Below, piece by piece: positions 15,471 through 23,075 of a DNA stretch of 32,000 nucleotides. Where the stretch lies: positions 1,710,001-1,742,000 of the forward strand of contig NC_017080.1 of the NCBI RefSeq assembly GCF_000284115.1, given 5' to 3'. The position numbers and the translations under genes were made by a program. Position 1 is the first letter of the stretch. Every line of letters starts with the position of its first letter. The notes beneath the pieces are model-generated. The model saw only the letters and a program-made list of their open reading frames with translations, had not been told where the DNA came from and ran no database searches. Origin of the DNA: Phycisphaera mikurensis NBRC 102666 (GTDB taxonomy: Bacteria > Planctomycetota > Phycisphaerae > Phycisphaerales > Phycisphaeraceae).

Positions 15471-16433
15471 TTAGTTTCGCTCCTCTTTGCTTGCTCCGTG
15501 CCTGGTTGCAGCCGTCGCTCGCGCGGCCTCGGTTTTGGTTGCACGCTCGAGATAGAAGGCTTCGAGCGTCGGTGCGATGGGGGCGAAGGCGGAGACGTCG
15601 AAGCCCGCGTTCACGAGGTGGGCGTTCGCCCGGGCGAGCGGGACGTCGCCGCGGACCGTGACGGTTTCGGGCTCCTGGCCGTCGCGGTCCGCGGATTCGA
15701 CGAGGCCCGCTGCGGCGAGGGAGGCGAGGGCTTCCGCGGGGCGGTCGGTCCGGATGCGGACGCGGCGGCGGGCGGCGGCGGTGGCGGCACGCCAGTCGCC
15801 CTCGAAGACGTGCCGGCCGCGGTGCAGCACGGTGACGGTCCCGCAGAGCTTCTCCACCTCGGCGAGCAGGTGGCTGCTGAAGAGGATCGTGAGATCCAGC
15901 TCGGCGTGCAGCTCCAGCAGCAGCTCGCGGAAGGCGGCGATGCCCTGCGGGTCGAGGCCGTCGGTGGGCTCGTCGAGGATGAGCACCTCGGGCGTGGGCA
16001 GCAGCGCCTGCGCCAGCGCGAGCCGCTGGCGCATGCCGTGCGAGTAGGTGGAGACCTTGGCGTGGATCCGCTCCGCGAGGCCGACCCGCTCCACGACGGC
16101 GTCGATCTCCGCCTCGCTCACCCGGCGCGTGAGGTTGGAGAAGGCCCGCAGGTTCCGCCGGGCCGAGAGGTAGTCGTAGAAGCACGGCGCCTCGAAGATG
16201 GCGCCCACCCTCCCCAGCGCCGCGCCGCGTTCCGCCGCGACGTCGTGGCCGTTCACCAGCGTCCGGCCCGCGTCGGGGTGCACCTGGCCGAGCAGCATGC
16301 CCAGCGTGGTGGACTTGCCGGCGCCGTTGTGGCCGAGCAGGCCGTGGATCGCGCCCCGCGGCACCTCCAGCGACAGCCCCTCGACGGCCGGCCGGCCCGC
16401 GAAGGCCTTCGACAGGTTCTCGAGGCGGATCAC
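15471..16433 (-). CDS. ABC transporter ATP-binding protein (ABC-2 exporter type)
   Basis: Walker A GHNGAGKSTT, signature YSHGMRQRLALAQAL, Walker B VLILDEPTDGLD and H-loop SSHLL are all present. Confidence 0.95.
   Translation of the reverse strand: MIRLENLSKAFAGRPAVEGLSLEVPRGAIHGLLGHNGAGKSTTLGMLLGQVHPDAGRTLVNGHDVAAERGAALGRVGAIFEAPCFYDYLSARRNLRAFSNLTRRVSEAEIDAVVERVGLAERIHAKVSTYSHGMRQRLALAQALLPTPEVLILDEPTDGLDPQGIAAFRELLLELHAELDLTILFSSHLLAEVEKLCGTVTVLHRGRHVFEGDWRAATAAARRRVRIRTDRPAEALASLAAAGLVESADRDGQEPETVTVRGDVPLARANAHLVNAGFDVSAFAPIAPTLEAFYLERATKTEAARATAATRHGASKEERN
15649..15694. repeat. 46-bp inverted-repeat element copy 4 (inside the ABC ATPase CDS)
   Basis: Exact arms at 15649-15658 and 15685-15694 with a 26-nt spacer. 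The stem extends inward (15/16 over 16 nt). It is translated on the - strand as ADRDGQEPETVTVRG. Confidence 0.9.
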
Positions 16434-16516
16434 GCCGGACCGTAGGGGGCGGGAGCCCGCTCCGGAGGCCGCCGGCGGCTCGCGTCGACGGCTCCGCCAG
16501 CGCGTACGCTCGCCCG

Positions 16517-19500
16517 ATGACGGACGCCGCGAAGGAGCCGGAGCAGCGGAAGAAGAAGCGGGGCTTCGTGCGTCGCTGGGGCAAGCGGCTGGCGATCCTG
16601 GCGGTCCTCGCGGTGCCGCTGTACCTGGTGGTCGGCTTCTACGTGCTCCCCTGGGCGGTCGTCTCCTTCGGCCTCCCGGCGGCGTCGGAGTTCGTCGACG
16701 GCCGCGTCGAGCTCGACGACCTCGACCTGGACCCGATCGCCTTCACGGCGACGCTGCGCGGCCTCCGGGTGTACGACCGCGACGACGCGAAGGTGCTGGA
16801 GGTGAAACGCTTCCGCGGGGGTGTCTCGCGTCGCAGCCTGTGGCTCGACGAGGCGCTGGTCCTGGACGCCGTGGAGGTCGACGGGCCCTACGCGAACCTC
16901 GTGCTGCGCGAAGACGGCACGCTGAACCTGTCGGACGTCTTCGTGGTGCCCGAGGACGACGAGCCGCCGAGCGCCGAGCCGGTCGACCTGCGGTGGCTCC
17001 CGCGGATCCGGCTCGGCGGTGTCGAGGTGAAGAAGGGGATTCTGAAGTTCGACGACCGGCTCACGCCGGGGGCGAAGCCGCGCCGCCTCGAGCTCGACAC
17101 GCTGACGATCGGGCCGATCGACACCGGCTCCAAGGCCGCGACGCCCATCCGCGCCGACCTGCGAACCGGCCTGGGCGAGACCGCCGCGGCGGAGGGTTCG
17201 CTGAGCCTGGATCCCCTGAAGTCCTCCGGCACGGCCGAGGCCGCGGGCCTCCGGCTGGCGTCCTACCAGCCCTACTTCGGTCTGATCGTCCCGCTCACGC
17301 TCGAGAGCGGAACGGCCTCGGCCGGCCTCTCCTGGACGCTGGACCTCACCCCCGACGCCCGCGTCGCCGAGGCGCGGGTCGACCGCGTCACGGTGGAGAA
17401 CCTCGGGCTCACGGACCCGGCCGCCCGCGGCCCGGTCCCGGCGTCTCTGGTGGGCTTCGAGCGTTTCACGCTCTCGGGCCTGGCGGCGGATGCCCTCGCC
17501 CACCGGGCCGAGCTGGCGAGCGTCTCACTGGACGCGGCGGCGTTGACGGTCCAGCGTGACGCGGACGGGACGCTCCCGCTGGTGACGGCCATCAACGAGG
17601 CGGTGCGGCGGGTGAACGCGCTGGCGGCTTCGCGGGAGGGCGAGGCTCCGGATGCGACGCCTGCCGCCGCGATGCCGATCCTCCCCGAGCCGTTCGCCGC
17701 CGCGGCGTCCGGCCTGCAGCGGCTGCTCGCCGACGCGACCGACGCGTCGGTGCCCTGGACCGCCCGGCTCGGGAAGGCGGAGATTACCCGCGCCCGCGCC
17801 CGGTGGAGCGACGCGGTGCCACCCGGCGGCGCCGTGCTCGGGCTCTTCCCGGTGGACGCCTCGGCGGGCCCGGTGGACACGGCGGCCGACCTGACGGTGC
17901 CGTTCAAGGCGACGCTCCGCGTCGACGACCCTTCGGAGCAGACGCTGCGGGCGACGCCCGACGGCGGCGGGGCGGCCTCGGCGGTGGAGGCGGTGGCGGA
18001 GGTCCCCGCGGAAAGCGAAGCGGCGCAGACGATCCGCCGGCAGATCGCCGCCGAGCAGGACGCCCCCGCGGGCGCGGACCTGGGAAGGGGCCTCATCACC
18101 GCCGAGGGGGCGTTGCGGCTGGACGATCCCGAGGCGGAAGCCGCCGTCGTGATCCGAGGCCTGGACCTCACCGGAGCCAACCCCTACCTGGCGCTCTACG
18201 TGCCGGGCCTGTTCATCGAGCGGTCCTCGATCGATCTGCGGCTGAGCCCGCGGGTGCGGCCGACGCGAGGCCCGCTGCCGGTGGCGGTCGAGGACGCGCT
18301 GATCCGCCTCGGCGGCTCGATCACCGCCCGCTACGGGCCCGAGGGCGTGGCCCCGCTGACCCTCCCGGTCAGCGGGCTCGCCTTCGAGTACGGCCCGCTG
18401 AACACGAAGTCGCCGCTTCCGGGGCGTCTGTCCTTCAACGGCATCGTTGCCGGCGGCGAGGTCGGGGCGGTGGGCACGGTGATCCCGCGGCCGCTGCGGC
18501 CGCGCGAGAGCGACGTCGACCTGCAGGTGGGCGTCTCGGGGTTGGAGCTGGCCCCGCTCTCGCCGCTGATCGCCCCGTTCCTGGGGCGAGCGATCGACAG
18601 CGGCAACCTGTTCATGGCGATGCCGGTGGAGATGAGCGAGGGCCGCTTCCAGGCGACGGTGCCGATCGCCATCGAGCGCTTCAAGCTCGGCGGCAAGGTG
18701 GACGCGACGGGCGCCCAAACCGGCGGCGGCGGGGGGACGCTGGGGGTGCCGATCGACCTGGTCGTTGCGGTGCTCAAGGGGCCCGACGACAAGCTCGCGC
18801 TCCCGCCGATCCCGCTGGACTTCAACCTGCTCGACAACAGCCTCAAGCTCGGCAAGGCCGTCTCCGGCGCCTTCGTCGGGGTCCTCCGCGGGATCGCGAC
18901 GCAGCCGCTGAAGATCCTCGGCGGCGTCGCCAGCGGCGGCGGCGCGGCCATGGGGCAGGCGGTCGGCGGCATCAAGAACGCCGCCGGCTCGGTGACGGGC
19001 GCCGCCGGCGGGATCGGTCGCGGGGCGGGGGAAGCGGCGGACGCCGCGGCGGGCGCGGTCAGCGGCGTCGCGGGTGCCGCCGGCGACGCGGCGGGCGGGA
19101 TGCTCCGCGGCGTCGGCGGGCTGTTCGGCATCGGCGGCGGGGAGGCCGACGACGCGACGGCGGAGGGCGACGCCCTGTCGGTCGCGGGCGGCGAGGCCGG
19201 GGAAGCCGCCGCCGACGCCGGTGTGATCGCCGGCGTCGTCTTCGAGCCCGGCGCGGCCGGCATCACGAGCGACGCCCGCGGGGCGCTCGACGAGCTCTCC
19301 GAGACGCTGAACGCGCGCGGCCTCGGCCTGACGCTCCACCCGCGGGTGGATCCCGACGCCGACGGCGCGGCGCTGCTCGCGCAGCGTCGGCGGCGGGCGT
19401 CGGCGGCCGGCGGCGGGGGCGACACGCCGGGCGTGCCGGCGGCGACGCCCGCCGAGGCCACGCCCGCGATGCTCCGCAACCTCGCGTTGCGGCGGGCCCG

Positions 19501-19663
19501 CACGGTGCGGATGTACCTGTTGCACGCCGCCGACGAGGACCTCCGCTTCCCCGAGAACGCGATCCGCATCGAGCCGCCCGCGGCGGCTTCGGCGGGTGAC
19601 CCCGCGTCCGCTTACGAGGTGGGCTCGCCCGGGGTCCGCTTCGAGCTGATCTCGCCGGGTTGA
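16517..19663 (+). CDS. DUF748/AsmA-like large membrane-anchored protein
   Basis: N-terminal basic stretch plus a TM helix (RLAILAVLAVPLYLVVGFYVLPW). There are repeated beta-rich segments such as VELDDLDLDPIAFTATLRGLRVYD and ALVLDAVEVDGPYANLVLREDGTLNLSDVF, then a Gly/Ala-rich low-complexity region and an OmpA-like-looking tail. The family assignment is from memory of the domain pattern. Confidence 0.75.
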   Translation: MTDAAKEPEQRKKKRGFVRRWGKRLAILAVLAVPLYLVVGFYVLPWAVVSFGLPAASEFVDGRVELDDLDLDPIAFTATLRGLRVYDRDDAKVLEVKRFRGGVSRRSLWLDEALVLDAVEVDGPYANLVLREDGTLNLSDVFVVPEDDEPPSAEPVDLRWLPRIRLGGVEVKKGILKFDDRLTPGAKPRRLELDTLTIGPIDTGSKAATPIRADLRTGLGETAAAEGSLSLDPLKSSGTAEAAGLRLASYQPYFGLIVPLTLESGTASAGLSWTLDLTPDARVAEARVDRVTVENLGLTDPAARGPVPASLVGFERFTLSGLAADALAHRAELASVSLDAAALTVQRDADGTLPLVTAINEAVRRVNALAASREGEAPDATPAAAMPILPEPFAAAASGLQRLLADATDASVPWTARLGKAEITRARARWSDAVPPGGAVLGLFPVDASAGPVDTAADLTVPFKATLRVDDPSEQTLRATPDGGGAASAVEAVAEVPAESEAAQTIRRQIAAEQDAPAGADLGRGLITAEGALRLDDPEAEAAVVIRGLDLTGANPYLALYVPGLFIERSSIDLRLSPRVRPTRGPLPVAVEDALIRLGGSITARYGPEGVAPLTLPVSGLAFEYGPLNTKSPLPGRLSFNGIVAGGEVGAVGTVIPRPLRPRESDVDLQVGVSGLELAPLSPLIAPFLGRAIDSGNLFMAMPVEMSEGRFQATVPIAIERFKLGGKVDATGAQTGGGGGTLGVPIDLVVAVLKGPDDKLALPPIPLDFNLLDNSLKLGKAVSGAFVGVLRGIATQPLKILGGVASGGGAAMGQAVGGIKNAAGSVTGAAGGIGRGAGEAADAAAGAVSGVAGAAGDAAGGMLRGVGGLFGIGGGEADDATAEGDALSVAGGEAGEAAADAGVIAGVVFEPGAAGITSDARGALDELSETLNARGLGLTLHPRVDPDADGAALLAQRRRRASAAGGGGDTPGVPAATPAEATPAMLRNLALRRARTVRMYLLHAADEDLRFPENAIRIEPPAAASAGDPASAYEVGSPGVRFELISPG

Positions 19664-19715
19664 GCGCGCCCTCCGCCGGCCCGCGGCGCGGGGCGTCGGA
19701 GCCGGATCGGTCCGC

Positions 19716-21548
19716 TCACGCCCGCGCGGACAGCGCCTCCCAGCGGGCGTAGAGGTGCTCGACGTGGCGCTGGCCGATGCCCAGCTGCTCGCAGACGGCG
19801 GCGTGCTTCCGGTGGTCGGCCACGACGCCGGGCTCGGCGGCGAGAGCCTCCAGCGCGGCGACCTGCTCCTCGGCGTGGAGGATGGCATCTTCCATGTGAT
19901 CGAGCTCGTGCTTCTCTTTGAAGGTGAGCTTCGCCGGGCCGGGTTCGGACGCCCCGGCCGCGCCGGAATCCGCGGACCGCCGCTGTTTTCCGCCCCGTGG
20001 AACCGCGGTCCGCGGGCCGTCGGCTCGCTCGGTCGCGCGGAGGTACTGGTCGTGGGTGGCGAAGACGCGGGCTTCGCCTCCGGGGAGCAGGCCGATCACG
20101 GAGGTGGCGAGCCGCTGCAGCAGGAAGCGGTCGTGGGTGACGAGCACGACGGCGCCGGGGAAGCCGGCGAGCTGCTCCTCGAGGATCTCCAGCGAGGGGA
20201 TGTCCAGGTCGTTGGTGGGCTCGTCGAGGACGATCACGTCGGCGGGCTGGAGCATCAGCCGCGCGAGCAGGACCCGGGCCTGCTCGCCGCCGGAGAGGTC
20301 GCCGACGCTGACCTTCAGCTTCTCCTTGCTGAACAAGAAGCGCTCCGCCCACGCCGCGACGTGGACCGGCTGGCCGCGGAAGAGCACGGCATCCCCCGCC
20401 GGGCAGAGCGCCTCGCGGAGCGCGTGCGTGGGATCGAGCGCCTCGCGGGCCTGCGTGAAGTAGACGGTCCGCAGGTCCTGGGCCTCCTTGACGGTGCCGG
20501 TGTCGGGCTCGAGGCGGCCGGTCAGGACCGAGAGCAGCGTGGTCTTGCCCGAGCCGTTGGGGCCGAGCAGGCCGAGGCGGTCGCCCGGGGACACCACCAG
20601 GTCGAGGCCGGCGAAGAGCGTGCGGTCGCCGTAGCGCTTCGAGAGGTTGTGGCCGACGAGGAGGCGATTGGTCTTCCGCTGCGTCGCCTCGAAGCCGACC
20701 GCGGCGGACTGCCCGGCGGTCTGCCGAAGCCGGTCGATCGCCTGCAGCTGAGCCCGCCGCTGGGCACCGGCCTCGACCTGGGTCTTGTTCCGCGTCTGCC
20801 TGCCCTGAACGCCCTGCCGTGCCCACGCCGTGTCGGTCCGCACCTTGTTCGCAAGGCTGCTCCGCTGCTGCTCGAGGGTGGCGAAGTGCTGCTCGCGTCG
20901 CTCCAGAAACTTCTGGTAGCCGCCCTCGCTCTCCAGCGTGCCGCCGGCGTAGGCGGGCGACAGCTCGATGATCCGGTTCGCGGCGCCTTCGAGGAAGGCG
21001 CGGTCGTGGCTGACGAGAGCGACGGCGACCGTCGGCGGGAGGCCCCGGAGGAACTTCTCCAGCCACAGCACGCCCTGCAGGTCGAGGTGGTTGGTGGGCT
21101 CGTCCAGCAGCAGAACCTCGGGATCGGTCACCAGGGCGCGGGCGAGCGAGAGCCGCTTCCGCCAGCCGCCGGACATCCGATCCACCTCGTGCGTCACGCC
21201 GTCGAAGCCCAGCCGCGAAAGCTCGCGGGCGGCGCGGGCCTCCGCGTCGGGTCCGGTGCCGGCGGCCCCGCCGGCCCGGCGTGCGCTGGCCGCGACGACC
21301 TCCATCGCGGTGTCGTGGCCGAAGTGGTCGCTCTGGCCCAGGTACACGCACCGCAGCCCGCGTCGCCGGATCACCTCGCCCTCGTCGGGCGTCTCGAGCC
21401 CGGCGAGGATCTTCAGCAGCGTGCTCTTCCCGCTGCCGTTGGGCCCGATGACGCCGAGCCGCTCGCCCGCGGCGAGCGTCAGCCCGACGCCGGTGAAGAG
21501 GGTCCGGGAGCCGAAGGTCTTCTCGAGGTCCGAGGCGGTGAGGAGCAT
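19716..21548 (-). CDS. ABC-F family ATPase (Uup-like, two ABC domains plus C-terminal coiled coil)
   Basis: GPNGSGKSTLL plus LSGGWRKRLSLARAL plus LLLDEPTNHLD, then GPNGSGKTTLL plus LSGGEQARVLLARLM plus IVLDEPTNDLD. No TM segments. Confidence 0.95.
   Translation of the reverse strand: MLLTASDLEKTFGSRTLFTGVGLTLAAGERLGVIGPNGSGKSTLLKILAGLETPDEGEVIRRRGLRCVYLGQSDHFGHDTAMEVVAASARRAGGAAGTGPDAEARAARELSRLGFDGVTHEVDRMSGGWRKRLSLARALVTDPEVLLLDEPTNHLDLQGVLWLEKFLRGLPPTVAVALVSHDRAFLEGAANRIIELSPAYAGGTLESEGGYQKFLERREQHFATLEQQRSSLANKVRTDTAWARQGVQGRQTRNKTQVEAGAQRRAQLQAIDRLRQTAGQSAAVGFEATQRKTNRLLVGHNLSKRYGDRTLFAGLDLVVSPGDRLGLLGPNGSGKTTLLSVLTGRLEPDTGTVKEAQDLRTVYFTQAREALDPTHALREALCPAGDAVLFRGQPVHVAAWAERFLFSKEKLKVSVGDLSGGEQARVLLARLMLQPADVIVLDEPTNDLDIPSLEILEEQLAGFPGAVVLVTHDRFLLQRLATSVIGLLPGGEARVFATHDQYLRATERADGPRTAVPRGGKQRRSADSGAAGASEPGPAKLTFKEKHELDHMEDAILHAEEQVAALEALAAEPGVVADHRKHAAVCEQLGIGQRHVEHLYARWEALSARA
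19970..20015. repeat. 46-bp inverted-repeat element copy 5 (inside the ABC-F CDS linker)
   Basis: Exact arms at 19970-19979 and 20006-20015 with a 26-nt spacer. It is translated on the - strand as PRTAVPRGGKQRRSA. Confidence 0.9.
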
Positions 21549-21645
21549 GGGGGCCAGCGGCGGTGCCGCTCACGAGACGGAGAAACGCGGCAGGTTAGGT
21601 TCGGGGCCGGCGGGAGGCTTGGGTCCTGGTCGCGGTGGGAGGGGG

Positions 21646-21685
21646 GAGACGAAGAGACGAAGAGGCGGAGGGCGGGCGGAGGCGG
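21646..21685. repeat. octamer array R4 (GAGACGAA GAGACGAA GAGGCGGA GGGCGGGC GGAGGCGG)
   Basis: Read directly from the sequence. It lies in the intergenic spacer between the lpxL-like stop (21732) and the ABC-F start (21548). Confidence 0.8.
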
Positions 21686-21731
21686 ATCGTTGGGTCGGCG
21701 CGGCGTTGGTCCGCGGCTTTCCGGCTCCGCG

Positions 21732-22775
21732 TTACGCCGTCTTGTTGCTGCCCCGCAGCGCCGCCCGGTCCCGCTGGGTCCAATCGAGGATCCGCTCCAT
21801 CTCCCCCTCCGTCATCCACGGGAGGCTCCGCAGCTTCTCCGCCACGCTCGCGGGCAGGGGCTTGTCCGCCTTTTCCCAGCGGGGTCGGCTCTTCCAGCGG
21901 CGGTGCATCCAGAAATACTGCGCGGGGCGGCGGCGGATCATGTTCTCCAGCGCGCGGACGTAGCGGGCGCACACGTAGAAGATCGCGTCGTCGCGATCGG
22001 CCCAGTCCGCCGGCTGGATGACGTCCTGCACGTTGAGCTCGTACCGGAAGCCCGGCCCCACCCGCTGGGCGCAGCCGCAGACGATGGGCAGCTTCTTGCG
22101 GATCGCGAGGATGGCGATGGACTTGTAGGTCGAGCCCAGCCGGCCGAAGAAGGGCACGAAGATGCCCTTGTCCCCGGCGTTCTGATCGGCGAGGAAGGAG
22201 ACGGGCTCGCCGACGTCCAAGGCGGCGTTCATCTCCTCCACCGCCCCCCACTTCACGATGAGCTTGAGGCCGCGTCTGGCGCGGCTGTCGACCATCCAGC
22301 GGTTGAGCGCCGCGTTGTCGAGCGGGCGGGAGATCGCGTTGAGCGGGTAGCCCAGCATCGCCATCACGTGGCCGAGCAGCTCCCAGTTGCCCAGGTGCCC
22401 GGTGACCATGAGGCAGGGCTCGCGGCGGTTCATCAGCTCCAGCGCCGGGCCGAGGTTCGCGATGGAGACGTGGCGGTGCCACGAACCCGGTGTCACCAGC
22501 CGCGGCGTCTGCACGACCTCCAGCGCAAGCTGGACGAGGTGCTCGATGCTCGCCTCGTGGCAGCGTCGCACCTTCTCGTCCGACCAAGACGGGAAGCACT
22601 CGCGGATGTGCCGCTGGCCGCGGCCGCGGTGCTTGCGGTCGAGCCGGTCGACGACGCGGCCGATCCAAGCGGCGGTCCGCAGGTTCGCGTCGATCGGGAA
22701 GGCGTCCATGGACGCCGCGGCGGCGCGTGCGGCCCCGTACTCGCCCCAGGTCTGGATGAACGTCTTCTTCGCCAA
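21732..22775 (-). CDS. lipid A biosynthesis (Kdo2-lipid IVA) lauroyl/myristoyl acyltransferase family protein
   Basis: HLGNWE catalytic motif, NAGDKGIFVPFFG and QYFWMHRRWK, characteristic of the LpxL/HtrB family. The TTG 22775 start is uncertain, with ATG 22709 as the alternative. There is a ~55-aa C-terminal extension. Confidence 0.85.
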   Translation of the reverse strand: MAKKTFIQTWGEYGAARAAAASMDAFPIDANLRTAAWIGRVVDRLDRKHRGRGQRHIRECFPSWSDEKVRRCHEASIEHLVQLALEVVQTPRLVTPGSWHRHVSIANLGPALELMNRREPCLMVTGHLGNWELLGHVMAMLGYPLNAISRPLDNAALNRWMVDSRARRGLKLIVKWGAVEEMNAALDVGEPVSFLADQNAGDKGIFVPFFGRLGSTYKSIAILAIRKKLPIVCGCAQRVGPGFRYELNVQDVIQPADWADRDDAIFYVCARYVRALENMIRRRPAQYFWMHRRWKSRPRWEKADKPLPASVAEKLRSLPWMTEGEMERILDWTQRDRAALRGSNKTA

Positions 22776-22842
22776 GCTGTTTCCGCTCTGCTGCTGGGCC
22801 CGGCTGCAATGGGCTGCCCGGACCCGACGCCGCGGCTGCGCT

Positions 22843-22888
22843 CCGCGGACCGTCGGCTCCGGGTCTTCCCGCTGGTCACGATCCGCGG
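22843..22888. repeat. 46-bp inverted-repeat element copy 6 (intergenic; right arm CGATCCGCGG, one mismatch)
   Basis: Arms at 22843-22852 and 22879-22888 with a 26-nt spacer. The interior CCGGGTCTTCC resembles the CGGGTTTCC of copy 1. Confidence 0.8.
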
Positions 22889-22913
22889 CTTTGCGGAAGC
22901 GGCGTTTCTGCAA

Positions 22914-22943
22914 CCCCGGCCCGCCCCGCCCCGCCCCGCCTCC
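22914..22943 (-). other. G-quadruplex / i-motif-forming tract (five G runs of 3-4 on the - strand)
   Basis: The + strand reads CCCCGGCCCGCCCCGCCCCGCCCCGCCTCC. It lies 140-170 nt upstream of the lpxL-like start, on that gene's sense strand. Confidence 0.5.
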
Positions 22944-23075
22944 GCACGCGGACCCGCGTCCGTGGCGGCGTGGCGGCCGGCATCCGCCGCGGGCCGGCTT
23001 CGGCTCAGCCGCGGGGGCGCCACCGGGCCGAACGACCCGCACACCGGGGCGGAGGCCAGCCCGCCGCGGCCGGCG

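Noticed and set aside
2335-21685. The idea that octamer arrays are always purine-rich on the + strand regardless of gene orientation (a replication-strand signal).
   Set aside because: This holds for the four long arrays. However, short pyrimidine-strand copies occur on the + strand at 2335-2360 and 5302-5345, so the rule is not absolute, and four loci are too few to support it.
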